Of a stretch of DNA of 64,000 nucleotides, positions 1 to 11,712 are shown in pieces. Within the stretch, counting starts at the first letter, position 1, and each line of letters starts with the position of its first letter. Origin of the DNA: a phage; the NCBI GenBank assembly GCA_029945195.1, contig GCA_029945195.1_4117.1. The stretch is one strand, 5' to 3'. Position numbers and translations under genes: made by a program. Below the pieces are notes generated by a model. It had not been told where the DNA came from. It made no database searches and worked only from the letters and a program-made list of their open reading frames with translations.

Positions 1-141
1 AAACCAGTTGAACTAGAATCAGTACACGAATCTGAGTGGGCTTGGATTGGCATAAACAATCCTGATATAATTGTACAGAATAACAGTACTATTGATGATT
101 TACATAAAAAAGCAATGGACATTATTTATTCTAATACATAA
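1..141 (+). CDS. 3' end of an upstream gene running off the window (46 codons visible, stop TAA at 139-141)
   Basis: Frame 1 is open from position 1 to the TAA at 139-141; too short to identify. Confidence 0.3.
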   Translation, partial: KPVELESVHESEWAWIGINNPDIIVQNNSTIDDLHKKAMDIIYSNT

Positions 142-235
142 ATTATAAACAATAAGGACTGGACAATTAAATCCTTCAATAAATAAGACTATACGAATAT
201 ATTTCGAATAACCAATTATTTTTGGAGGATTTAAT

Positions 236-2899
236 ATGGCAGGAGATCTACTCTCACCTGGCGTTTCCATTTCAGTAACTGATGAAAGTATGAGTACCGC
301 TGCTGCTCCTGGCACTGTACCACTATTTGTAATCGCTACTGCTGAAGACAAACTTGTCCCAGGAAGCAGTGCAATAGCTGCGGGAACTACTAAAGCAAAC
401 GCTGGAAAACTACAGCTTCTAACATCACAAAAAAGCTCACTTGATACCTATGGTACACCAATTTTTCAAATGAATAACGGTTCTGTTGTTCAAGGTGATG
501 AACTAAACGAATATGGCCTACATGCAGTATATTCTTATCTAGGCATTACTAACCGTGCATATGTAATTCGTGCTGATATCGATCTAGCACAACTAGCACC
601 AAGTGCTGAAGCACCAACTGGCCCAGTATCCAATGGTACTTTGTGGTTTGATACCGCACAATCACAAGTAGAAGCGTATGTAGCGAAGAAAGATAGTCCA
701 AGCAGTTTTTATGATTGGCAACTTAAGCCAGTAACTATTGTAAGTGCTGAAGAAGTTGAAGATGTAAGTCTAGTAGGTTTAAATGTTGATGATTTAGTTC
801 TACGTTACAAACCAAGCAATGGTCAGATGCTAATGTATAAACGTTCTGCTTCTGGGCTAGTGCAAATGGAAACTTATCTATCACCAATTAACAAAGTTCC
901 AGTTGGCTCAACTGTAGAAAAAGGTAACATTTGGATTCGTGATGGTTACACCCAAAATGGTTCAAACTATTTTGGTACTCGTTTTGTTATTAAACGTTAT
1001 GCATCCCTAACTCAAGTTTGGAATATTGTACCAGCATATACTGGTAATTCATTCCAAGAAATTGAAGCGAAAAGTGGTGTACTAAACAATAGTTATATCG
1101 CATCTCGTTTTGATGAAGATAGTAAGAGTTTCTCTTTCTATATTCAAAGTGCAAAACTAACAACAATTAGTGCTCCTGCTTTGCCACTTGGTGAAACTAT
1201 TATTGAACAAGCAGGTGCTGATAGTTATATGACTTTTGTTTATTTGAATAAATCAGTTAAAGTACTAGCAGTTCCACAAGGCGGTGTTATTAATACCCAA
1301 ACTATCATCAATAATCTAAATGCAAATGCTGAAATTATTAACGATGGTTTTAAATTTAAACGTGAAACTAATGGTGGTTTAGTTGTTTCCAATACAAAAG
1401 GTTACAGTTTCAAAATCACACAAAGTGGTGATGATATTTTTGCTGAATCTGAACTACAAAAACTAACTGTAGATAGTAACAACTACTCTCTAATTAACGT
1501 TAATAACTTCCGTGTTAGTTATTCAGTACCACGTAGTGTAGCAAAAGAAGGAACTCTCTGGTATGATTTCGGGAACTCCGATAATCTAACTGTAACTATG
1601 TATGTTGCTGATGTTGCTAATGATGAATGGGATCTAGTACAAGAAGAAAACAAATATGTACAAGTTGATGAACCAGCGGCTGACCGTTTAATTTGGGTTT
1701 GTCCTTTGTCTCAAGGCATTGATGGTTATGATTTCTATCGTAACGTTGATGGTGAATGGGTTAAACTTGACAGTACTGATCAAAGTACACTAAATGGTAT
1801 GATTTTCCAAGACTTTAATTTCCCAAGCCAAGTTCCTGCTGCGGCATTGTATCAAAATGGTATGCTTGCAGTTGACCTAGGTAACACTGAAGGTGTTGTT
1901 AAGAAAATGGTTAATGGTCAATGGGAAGTTGTTAGTGGTGTAAGTCTTGATGGTGCTGGCCTATTTGGTCGTGCTGCACAACGTCAACTAGTAGTTGAAG
2001 CACTAGCTGCTGTTATTATTGGTAATGATGACATTCGTTCTGAATTTATTGATTTTAACCTAATTTGTGTACCTGGTTACGTTGAAACACTTGATGAATG
2101 TGTAACTTTAAACACTGATCGTAAAGAAACTGCATTTATTGTTACTGACGTTCCAGCACGTTTGAATCCAACCGGAAACGGTAGTGCTGTACAACAATGG
2201 GCTACTAATGCTAACAATGCACCAAGCAACGGTTCAGTTGGTCGTACAACTGCTTATGATTATGCTGCTCAGTATATGGGTTGGTGTCTAAGTACTAACG
2301 TTGATGGTGAAGAAGTTGCAGTTCCTGGTAGTACTATTGCAATGCGTACATATGCATACAGTGATAGTGTTAGTTATGTATGGTATCCACCTGCTGGTAC
2401 AACTCGTGGTGTTGTAACAAACGCTGCAAGTACTGGTTTTATCAACAGCGAAGGTGAATATCAACCAGTAGTATACAACCAAGGTCAACGTGACGTTATG
2501 TATACTAACAACATTAACCCAATTGCAATGCGTCCTAACCGTGGTTTGCTTGTTTATGGAGATAAAACTCTATCTGCTAATCAAACTTCTGCACTAAGTC
2601 GTGTTAACGTTGCTCGTTTAGTTGTTTATATTCGTCGTCAACTAGAAATTATTTCCGAACCATTCCTATTCCGTTTGAATACTCCAAGTACTCGTCAGGA
2701 ATTTAGTGGTGTAGTTAATAGCTTCTTGGCTGAAATTGTTCAACAACAGGGTCTTTATAACTTCGCAGTGGTTTGTGATGAAAGTAACAACACCGCAGAG
2801 CGTATTGACCGTAATGAACTTTGGATGGATATTGCAATTCAACCAACTAAGAGTATTAACTTCATTTACGTACCAATCCGTATCGAGAAAACTCAATAA
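236..2899 (+). CDS. contractile tail sheath protein (T4 gp18-like)
   Basis: 887 aa; C-terminal region (LLVYGDKTLSA...RVNVARLVVYIRRQLE...YNFAVVCDESNNTAERIDRNELWMDIAIQPTKSINFIYVPIRI) matches the conserved C-terminal domain of T4 gp18 as recalled; GGAGG RBS 7 nt upstream of ATG; hairpin terminator follows. Confidence 0.9.
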   Translation: MAGDLLSPGVSISVTDESMSTAAAPGTVPLFVIATAEDKLVPGSSAIAAGTTKANAGKLQLLTSQKSSLDTYGTPIFQMNNGSVVQGDELNEYGLHAVYSYLGITNRAYVIRADIDLAQLAPSAEAPTGPVSNGTLWFDTAQSQVEAYVAKKDSPSSFYDWQLKPVTIVSAEEVEDVSLVGLNVDDLVLRYKPSNGQMLMYKRSASGLVQMETYLSPINKVPVGSTVEKGNIWIRDGYTQNGSNYFGTRFVIKRYASLTQVWNIVPAYTGNSFQEIEAKSGVLNNSYIASRFDEDSKSFSFYIQSAKLTTISAPALPLGETIIEQAGADSYMTFVYLNKSVKVLAVPQGGVINTQTIINNLNANAEIINDGFKFKRETNGGLVVSNTKGYSFKITQSGDDIFAESELQKLTVDSNNYSLINVNNFRVSYSVPRSVAKEGTLWYDFGNSDNLTVTMYVADVANDEWDLVQEENKYVQVDEPAADRLIWVCPLSQGIDGYDFYRNVDGEWVKLDSTDQSTLNGMIFQDFNFPSQVPAAALYQNGMLAVDLGNTEGVVKKMVNGQWEVVSGVSLDGAGLFGRAAQRQLVVEALAAVIIGNDDIRSEFIDFNLICVPGYVETLDECVTLNTDRKETAFIVTDVPARLNPTGNGSAVQQWATNANNAPSNGSVGRTTAYDYAAQYMGWCLSTNVDGEEVAVPGSTIAMRTYAYSDSVSYVWYPPAGTTRGVVTNAASTGFINSEGEYQPVVYNQGQRDVMYTNNINPIAMRPNRGLLVYGDKTLSANQTSALSRVNVARLVVYIRRQLEIISEPFLFRLNTPSTRQEFSGVVNSFLAEIVQQQGLYNFAVVCDESNNTAERIDRNELWMDIAIQPTKSINFIYVPIRIEKTQ

Positions 2900-2905
2900 A
2901 ACACT

Positions 2906-2932
2906 AAGGGAACCTTTTGGTTCCCTTTTTTA
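2906..2932 (+). terminator. rho-independent terminator after tail sheath gene
   Basis: agggaacc-tttt-ggttccct hairpin followed by a T-tract. Confidence 0.7.
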
Positions 2933-3295
2933 TTGATTAAAATTAAATACCTTTATATTGATGTTATAAAGGAACATTATGGATATGGAAGAAATACTAA
3001 AAAAAAACAATACAAGATGTCAGTAAAATAGTTTTAACTCAGTTGGAATCAGTACACATACTAAATATATTTTTAAAAAATTTGGAAGATTGTCGGTATA
3101 ATTGAAAAATACGAAGTATACACAAATGGAAAATGGTCTATATCAGTAAACTATATTGACCACACTAAACGAAAAAGATACTTATATTGTGTTAATATTA
3201 ATTGGTTCCCTGTTGATGACACTTTAGTTAATTAAAAATATACTTCCAGATAGATAAATAATATAAAGATGTCATTCCATAATAGGAGAATATAA

Positions 3296-3982
3296 ATGGC
3301 TACAATGCTTGATCGATATGGCGTACCGCTCGCTGGCGGTGGTCGTATCTCTATGAAACAACCAAAAGCAAAATACAAATTTCGTGTTATTTTCTTTGGT
3401 TTTGGTACTAATGATGATGGTAATATGATTACACTAGACACCAATACAGTTGGGGCAGTATCTGTATCACATGAAAATGTCACTGTTCATAGTTACAACA
3501 GTTCTGCACACTATAAAGGTAAGTACACTTGGGATACAATTGATGTTGCTTTCCGTGACTCAGTAGGTAATGCTTCTGCTAAAGCACTATACAACCAAAT
3601 GCGTAAAGAATTCAACTACTACAGTCAAGAATCTCGCATGACTGATTCACAATTTAAATTCGAAATGTGGATTCAAGAACTTGATGGTTCTAATAGTGAA
3701 AATACAACAAACTTGTTTGAAGGAACATTGAGTACTTGGGTATGTCAAGGTTGCTTTATTGAATCCAGCAACTTTGGTGATTGGGATTATTCCTCAAGTG
3801 AAGCACAAGTTATTTCAATGACTGTTCAACCAGATGGTTGTGCTAAATTGGGTCCAAATGGCGAAGCGTTCGGTGATGAAGTTAGTGGCTTCGGTAATCC
3901 ATCAACTGCTACCTCTATTTCTGGTGCACAAACTAATATTAGTAGTACTACTCTACCAGATAGTAACTTCTACGAAAATTAA
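3296..3982 (+). CDS. tail tube protein (paralog 1)
   Basis: 228 aa directly downstream of sheath; N-terminus M..DRYGVPLAGGGRISMKQPKAKYKFRVIFFGFGT shared with the next ORF; AGGAG RBS. Confidence 0.7.
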   Translation: MATMLDRYGVPLAGGGRISMKQPKAKYKFRVIFFGFGTNDDGNMITLDTNTVGAVSVSHENVTVHSYNSSAHYKGKYTWDTIDVAFRDSVGNASAKALYNQMRKEFNYYSQESRMTDSQFKFEMWIQELDGSNSENTTNLFEGTLSTWVCQGCFIESSNFGDWDYSSSEAQVISMTVQPDGCAKLGPNGEAFGDEVSGFGNPSTATSISGAQTNISSTTLPDSNFYEN

Positions 3983-4003
3983 TTTTATTTAAACTTAATA
4001 TAT

Positions 4004-4031
4004 AGCCTCGAATCTATTCGGGGCTTTTTTT
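4004..4031 (+). terminator. rho-independent terminator
   Basis: gcctcgaa-tcta-ttcggggc hairpin (one mismatch) followed by ttttttt. Confidence 0.6.
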
Positions 4032-4077
4032 ATGCTAAATAAAGTATAATGCCTTATAAAATAAAAAAGAGGTTGCT

Positions 4078-4854
4078 ATGGCAAATAACATGATTAATAA
4101 ATATGGCGTTCCTTTACCATCGGGGCGTAATCGTTCAATGCTACAACCGAAAGCAAAATACAAGTTTCGTGTTATTGTGTATAATTTCGGTACTGATATA
4201 GATGAACGTGATCACATCGCATTAGATGTTGATAAAATTGATAGACCTACTGTAACATTTAGTACTCATAAACTATATCAATTTACTACTAATACTTCCT
4301 ATATAGGTAGTCATGATTGGGAACCAATTACAATATCTATCCGTGATTCAGTTGGTAATGCATCAGCAAAAGCATTATCACGCCAATTACAAAAACAACT
4401 TGACTTTCAACGCAGAATAACTTCAAGAAGTGACCAAGATTATGGTTCTTATAAATTTGGCTTGGTTATACAGATGTTGAGTGGACGTAACTCAGATGAT
4501 ACACTAGGAAATCTAGGAAGAGATACTCTAGTAGATGCTGCAACTGCTGCAACAAATAATTCTGGCTTAGTAAATGCAGTAGATCAATTTATTGGTGGTT
4601 CTTCATATAACAGTGCTGGTGTTATGGAATACTTTGTTTTAACCGGATGTGTTATTCAAAACATATCATACGATTCATTAGATTATAGCTCAAGTTCTCC
4701 AGTTGAAATGGTAGTGACTATCAAACCAGATAATTGTATACAATTTGATAATATTGAAGAAATGTATAGTACCAGAATTAATTCACTTTTACCTGAAAAT
4801 GTCAATCAAGGTTTAGATATCATTGATCGTGTTTTTGGTAGTGTAGGATTTTAA
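4078..4854 (+). CDS. tail tube protein (paralog 2, with internal insertions)
   Basis: 258 aa; N-terminus M..NKYGVPLPSGRNRSMLQPKAKYKFRVIVYNFGT is collinear with ORF 3296..3982, and the IRDSVGNASAKAL motif is shared by both. Confidence 0.7.
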   Translation: MANNMINKYGVPLPSGRNRSMLQPKAKYKFRVIVYNFGTDIDERDHIALDVDKIDRPTVTFSTHKLYQFTTNTSYIGSHDWEPITISIRDSVGNASAKALSRQLQKQLDFQRRITSRSDQDYGSYKFGLVIQMLSGRNSDDTLGNLGRDTLVDAATAATNNSGLVNAVDQFIGGSSYNSAGVMEYFVLTGCVIQNISYDSLDYSSSSPVEMVVTIKPDNCIQFDNIEEMYSTRINSLLPENVNQGLDIIDRVFGSVGF

Positions 4855-4865
4855 GGAGATAATGA

Positions 4866-6973
<2,108 letters not shown>

Positions 6974-7000
6974 CTTAAACGACCTTATGGAGTTATTAAA

Positions 7001-7537
7001 ATGAATAGATTACAACAAATCCTAACTGAAAAGAAACCAGTTTATGAATACCGAGTTAAGTTTGCAGTTGAACCAACACCTGAACAACTTAGTAAAGTAA
7101 CACAGCGACTAATGGATCGCTATGATGCGTTTGAAATTGGAGCACTAAAGAAAACAATTTTTATGGAAAAACCATTAGATTTCTATGAATTAGATTGTGG
7201 TGAAATTTGGATGTTTGACTTTAAATGTCATCGTGGCGTTCAATCAAATGTACTAATGTATGAAATTGGCAATTTACTAAGCATGACAGAAGCATTGATT
7301 CGTGTTCGTAGTAAAGATGAACCTCGTCAAATTGAAATGACTGATTTGGAAGATGATATCGATTTTGATGATGTTGATGAACCAGTTATTGGAGTGGATT
7401 TTGGCAAACCAGAAGACAGTTATGACTTAGCTGGACAACAACGTGCAGACACTGCCGTTGATGATGCAATTGAAGCATCGAAAAAAGACAATAAATACTC
7501 TCAATATATGAGTGCTGGTTTTGGTAAAAAGGATTAA
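7001..7537 (+). CDS. hypothetical protein
   Basis: 178 aa; ATG with GGAG RBS; acidic C-terminus. Confidence 0.5.
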   Translation: MNRLQQILTEKKPVYEYRVKFAVEPTPEQLSKVTQRLMDRYDAFEIGALKKTIFMEKPLDFYELDCGEIWMFDFKCHRGVQSNVLMYEIGNLLSMTEALIRVRSKDEPRQIEMTDLEDDIDFDDVDEPVIGVDFGKPEDSYDLAGQQRADTAVDDAIEASKKDNKYSQYMSAGFGKKD

Positions 7538-7540
7538 CAC

Positions 7541-8083
7541 ATGAGTATACTTAATGAAATGTTAGATTATGAAGACAATGAGTTAAATGAAGCTCGTCCT
7601 TATAGTCGTTCACAAAGTGCAGTTGATAGTGCAAAAGGAAAAGTAAAAGGCTTTTTTGGTAGTGGACAGATTGAACAAGGTGCACAAGAAGTTGGTGCTG
7701 AAGCCAACCGCTTATGGGCAGAGTTTAAACGTTATGTTGGACGTAAATATGGTAAAGCTCAACCATCAGTACCTTACGCTGATGTGGCACAGTTTTTTAA
7801 AGGTAACAATCTTGATATTAAACATTTAGGGAACAATCCTCGTCGTTCTTTTACACCAAAAGATGTAGGTACTGCTCTATTAAATGCTGCTCGTGATATA
7901 ATGAATGACTACCGTGACCAACAAGGTGGCGAAGAAAGTTCAGAATCACAACCATCACAATCGACCTCAACTGAGCAACCAGCACAACAAGAACAACCAA
8001 AAGCACAAGGTTCCAGTATCCCTGATGCTCTACAAAAATTAAGTCCAGAGCAACGCGACCAACTGTTACGTATGCTTTCTTAA
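7541..8083 (+). CDS. hypothetical protein
   Basis: 180 aa; tightly spaced behind the previous ORF; Q/E/S-rich C-terminus. Confidence 0.5.
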   Translation: MSILNEMLDYEDNELNEARPYSRSQSAVDSAKGKVKGFFGSGQIEQGAQEVGAEANRLWAEFKRYVGRKYGKAQPSVPYADVAQFFKGNNLDIKHLGNNPRRSFTPKDVGTALLNAARDIMNDYRDQQGGEESSESQPSQSTSTEQPAQQEQPKAQGSSIPDALQKLSPEQRDQLLRMLS

Positions 8084-8096
8084 GGAGAATCAACAC

Positions 8097-9614
8097 ATGG
8101 ATAATTTTTTCAGTACTGAAACTACCACAGTTCCTAATGGATATGTATATACGTCACATACTGGTGCAAAATATGTATTTCTTGAAGGATTCTGGTTCAA
8201 TGACAATAATATGTTAATGGTAGACCCTAGAAAATACCCATCCATGTACGCAAGTGCTCGACAACAGATTGTCGAGCACAATCTAGCTTCAAATGAATAT
8301 AAGATTGGTAACAAATATATTGTTGAAGGTAAAGAGTGTACATTTATTGGTGAAAACCGTTTCAATTCAAAAGATGGAATTCTATTAACTGAAAGTGAAT
8401 TCATCACTGAATTAATGGCAGATGATCATCGAGTATATAATGTTTCTAAAGAAACACTACAAAAAGAATGGAATGCATTAAAATTTTACATTCTTCCACC
8501 ATATGCTGATGATATATCAATTCCAGCAGGTATGGAAGTAAGTGGTTTTAAATTTGTTCCAAAGAATCACCGTTTTGTTGATATGAAATCAGGCCGAGCA
8601 GTTGATCCAGCAATGACCCGTAAACTATCAGATGAAGGTATGCGTATTGCTCGTCAGTTAGCTTCTAAAAATAAACTAATTCCAATCAAATCAACCTTAG
8701 TACAAGGCAATACACGTTGTGAGTGGAATGGTAAAGAATTTTGTGATAATGATGGTAATGTAGTAATTCCAGAACAAAATGCACATGCAATTATTAATGC
8801 ATATCAGCAATTTGTTAAGAATAACCCAAGTGATTTTCCAACATTAACGGGTGAACAAGAACATAGTGAGCAACGTTTTGGTTCAGGTGAAAAGCCACAA
8901 CAAGCTTCACAACCTGCTAAACAGCCAGTATTTGCAACTAAAGAATCAATTAATGAAGCAGATGAAGAAATTGAAGAATTTGAAAGCATTACTGTTCCTG
9001 ACGGTTATAGAATGACTTCTTCTAAAGGAAAAACATACGCTAAGAAAAATAACTTGTGGTATGATATCGAAAGTAAAAAGCAACTTAACACAAGTGCTTC
9101 TAAAAGTGTTGAACGAGCAGCACAGCGTGATATTTTCCGTCATAACAATTCCGGTGCTATGAAAATCGGTACAAAAGTTAAATCCAAACAAGGCAAAGAA
9201 TATTCGTATGTTGGTGGTGACAGATTCATTAGTGCTGATGGTAAGTTTATACCAAAAGCAACTGCTGCTAAATTACTTGCCAAATATGAACAAGATAAAG
9301 AAGTTAAAAGTGATGAAACACCTGAAGTAGACTCTGGTACTGAGCAAATTCAATCAAAAGAAGAACCTAAGAAAGAACCAGAATCTGAACAAAAACCAGA
9401 CGAAGTTTCTGAACCAGAAACTAAATCTGAAACAATTGCTGGTGATGATGTACAATCATTAGCTTCTAAAATTAAAGAGTCACCTTATGCTAAAAAAATC
9501 ACAGTACTACTAACTCGTGGTGATGAGGTTTCTCTACTTGCTGCTGACATTTTACTTTCAGGTAAAAAGGATGAAACAGTGCAAATTTTAAAATCATTAA
9601 ATAATAATGATTGA
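8097..9614 (+). CDS. hypothetical protein with two internal repeat modules
   Basis: 505 aa; AGGAG RBS; two similar modules (TVPNGYVYTSHTGAKY... and TVPDGYRMTSSKGKTY...), each followed by an acidic linker. Confidence 0.55.
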   Translation: MDNFFSTETTTVPNGYVYTSHTGAKYVFLEGFWFNDNNMLMVDPRKYPSMYASARQQIVEHNLASNEYKIGNKYIVEGKECTFIGENRFNSKDGILLTESEFITELMADDHRVYNVSKETLQKEWNALKFYILPPYADDISIPAGMEVSGFKFVPKNHRFVDMKSGRAVDPAMTRKLSDEGMRIARQLASKNKLIPIKSTLVQGNTRCEWNGKEFCDNDGNVVIPEQNAHAIINAYQQFVKNNPSDFPTLTGEQEHSEQRFGSGEKPQQASQPAKQPVFATKESINEADEEIEEFESITVPDGYRMTSSKGKTYAKKNNLWYDIESKKQLNTSASKSVERAAQRDIFRHNNSGAMKIGTKVKSKQGKEYSYVGGDRFISADGKFIPKATAAKLLAKYEQDKEVKSDETPEVDSGTEQIQSKEEPKKEPESEQKPDEVSEPETKSETIAGDDVQSLASKIKESPYAKKITVLLTRGDEVSLLAADILLSGKKDETVQILKSLNNND

Positions 9615-9636
9615 TAACTAAAAGGATTTATTTAAA

Positions 9637-10617
9637 ATGGCTAAAAAAATTAATGAAGCACAAGTTAAAATCGATATCGCAGGTTTAGAATCTGATGATT
9701 TGGAAACTCTATCACGTATGTTAGCTCTTGCTGGTCAAGCTGAACGTCAAGACCCAGTAGTTGCTGCTCCAGTACCATCTATGGGGTCTATGACTCCATC
9801 TCTTCCACCTATTGCTCCACTAGATCTCGATTCTATTGGTGCTGAAGAAGAAATTGGTGGAATTGAAACTTCAGTTGAAGACCCACTAGCAGCGGCAGTT
9901 GATGATCTTTCCGCTGATGTTGGTGATTTTGGTGCTGACACAGATGAAGTTAGTATGGATGCTGAATTTTCAGAACCAGGTGTAGAAGGTGAAGAAGATT
10001 TTTCTCTTGACCTTAGTGGTCAACCTCAACTAGAATCAGTTGAAGAAGACGATGAGGAAGAAGAAGAAATTATTGAAGAAGAATTCGATTTTAGTCGTAT
10101 GCTATCTCTTGCTGGTATTAACGAAGAAGAAGACGAAGATTTTTCAGTAGAGGGTAATCCTGCTACCGATAAAGAAATGAAAGATACCCAATTTCTACCA
10201 GATCTAAGTATCTCTGAAGATGAAGAACCATCTAACAGTACTGATTATGGTCCATATGAAACAGAAGCTGATGCCGTTCGTGATGGTCAACTAAAGACTA
10301 ATGGTGTTGAAGGTGATCATTTTGTTGTAATTGCAAAAGGCAATCAATTTTATTGGAGACGTGTTGTAGATGAAGATCTTGACAATCGTCCAGAACCTGA
10401 GTATTATGATAATGAAGGGAACGAAAATCGTGTTCATAAATTTGAACCAAAATTCCCAGGCACTGCATTAGGAGATAACCCACTAAATGTTAATGAAAGT
10501 GAAGAAGATGATTCACCTGAAGGTAACATTGACTTGGAAGATGATTCTGATGAAGAAGTAGAAGATATTTTTGAAAGTCTCCAAGAAAAATACAAGAAAT
10601 TTTTAGGAGACAAATAA
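9637..10617 (+). CDS. highly acidic low-complexity protein
   Basis: 326 aa, extremely D/E-rich (e.g. VEEDDEEEEEIIEEEFDF); could be a scaffold or internal protein, or a DNA mimic (inference only). Confidence 0.5.
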   Translation: MAKKINEAQVKIDIAGLESDDLETLSRMLALAGQAERQDPVVAAPVPSMGSMTPSLPPIAPLDLDSIGAEEEIGGIETSVEDPLAAAVDDLSADVGDFGADTDEVSMDAEFSEPGVEGEEDFSLDLSGQPQLESVEEDDEEEEEIIEEEFDFSRMLSLAGINEEEDEDFSVEGNPATDKEMKDTQFLPDLSISEDEEPSNSTDYGPYETEADAVRDGQLKTNGVEGDHFVVIAKGNQFYWRRVVDEDLDNRPEPEYYDNEGNENRVHKFEPKFPGTALGDNPLNVNESEEDDSPEGNIDLEDDSDEEVEDIFESLQEKYKKFLGDK

Positions 10618-10618
10618 T

Positions 10619-11014
10619 ATGCAATATAATTATCGTGAACTAGTTGAAGCGTTAGACGAAATTACCGGAAGAGATGAAGACGAAAGTTTTTCAGTTGAAG
10701 TTGAATCCGATGTTGTAGCAGTTGATGTTCTTAAGGATATTACCAAATGTCTTATTGATATTGTTGATAAGATTAAATCTGGTGAAGACCAAAAAGAAAT
10801 TGTAGATAAACTACAAAAAGCCTGTGACATTTTGTCTGACATTCGATATAATGATGAAAGTACTGAAGTTGCTGATGAAGAAGTGTTGGAAGCCATTGCA
10901 GGTTGTTTTGGAACTGAAGGTATGGGACCATCAATTGACAAAGAAGGCGTACAACACTATAATGAGCCTGGTGCACCATCTTATGCTGCACGTCAAGGTT
11001 TTGTTGGAGACTAA
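10619..11014 (+). CDS. hypothetical acidic protein
   Basis: 131 aa; GGAG RBS; translationally coupled to the upstream ORF. Confidence 0.5.
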   Translation: MQYNYRELVEALDEITGRDEDESFSVEVESDVVAVDVLKDITKCLIDIVDKIKSGEDQKEIVDKLQKACDILSDIRYNDESTEVADEEVLEAIAGCFGTEGMGPSIDKEGVQHYNEPGAPSYAARQGFVGD

Positions 11015-11017
11015 TAT

Positions 11018-11398
11018 ATGTTTCCAGAACCATCACATAACAGTACTGAATATCAAAATAATGTACTTTCCAAAGTTAGGGAAGTACATGAATCAGATTC
11101 AGAAATAACAGACCGTATGCTTCTGATGTCAATTTTTGAAAATTTCAGAACTGGCGGTGGTTTACGTCTTAGCAAGTTTGGGTATGGAATTTGTAAAGAA
11201 AATAATCTTTATGAATTTACCAAAATCCCCTTGCAAAGAGAATTTAAAAGTTCTATAATGTTTACATCACTTGACAGAATATGTACTTCACCTTATTATG
11301 TTGAAGGTCAGTACATATATCTGACAGATGCAATGATAATAACTGAATTAACATTGTGTTGTGATGATTTTAAACAGTTATTTTCTATTCATATGTAA
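11018..11398 (+). CDS. hypothetical protein
   Basis: 126 aa; GGAG RBS; last gene before the promoter-rich spacer. Confidence 0.45.
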   Translation: MFPEPSHNSTEYQNNVLSKVREVHESDSEITDRMLLMSIFENFRTGGGLRLSKFGYGICKENNLYEFTKIPLQREFKSSIMFTSLDRICTSPYYVEGQYIYLTDAMIITELTLCCDDFKQLFSIHM

Positions 11399-11421
11399 GA
11401 AAAATGAATTAAAAAAAAATG

Positions 11422-11449
11422 TTGACAAGATAGAATGATGTGATACAAT
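11422..11449 (+). promoter_or_regulatory. sigma70-type promoter P1 (TTGACA-N16-TACAAT, extended -10)
   Basis: TTGACA at 11422-11427, 16-nt spacer ending in gatgtga, TACAAT at 11444-11449; A-tract upstream. Confidence 0.6.
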
Positions 11450-11515
11450 AAGCATCAGACATAAAGTTTTCAAGCGACACAAGATGTGAGTTTGAAAAAA
11501 AAAGAAAAAAAGTGA

Positions 11516-11543
11516 TTGACAAGTTGAAACGATGTGATATAAT
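11516..11543 (+). promoter_or_regulatory. sigma70-type promoter P2 (TTGACA-N16-TATAAT, extended -10)
   Basis: Perfect -35 and -10 hexamers with 16-nt spacer and TGn extended -10; same gatgtgata.aat architecture as P1; A-rich UP-like tract upstream. Confidence 0.65.
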
Positions 11544-11604
11544 GTTCACATCAAGACAGCAAAGAGATTTACCTTTTAAACACACGGATGATTCATGAAG
11601 TAAC

Positions 11605-11645
11605 AAAGGAACTGATAAGTTAAATTATTTTAACACAGTTCCTTT
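11605..11645 (+). promoter_or_regulatory. leader hairpin in 5' UTR of the AAA+ ATPase gene
   Basis: Perfect 10-bp inverted repeat aaaggaactg / cagttccttt with a 21-nt loop, followed by a U-rich run; a 12-codon mini-ORF (11588-11623) overlaps the left arm. Confidence 0.4.
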
Positions 11646-11712
11646 ACTTTTGCCCACGGATTGGCTATAATAGAAACTTAAACGATTTTATCCAACAAAA
11701 GGAAATATATAC

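Noticed and set aside
100-351. 83-aa minus-strand ORF overlapping the start of the tail sheath gene
   Set aside because: It is antisense to the RBS and 5' end of the strongly supported sheath gene. Similar short antisense ORFs throughout the track (e.g. 2288..2488, 5444..5944, 12292..12528, 36230..36568, 37328..37951, 53767..54012, 54713..55066) are rejected for the same reason.
22-3058. Shared motif gaatcagtacac at 22-33 and 3047-3058
   Set aside because: Only two copies, one of them inside a probable coding region; insufficient to call a regulatory repeat without a genome-wide count.
11409-11606. 65-aa minus-strand ORF in the promoter-rich spacer
   Set aside because: It overlaps both consensus promoters and the leader, has no RBS, and its translation is a low-complexity artefact of AT-rich DNA.
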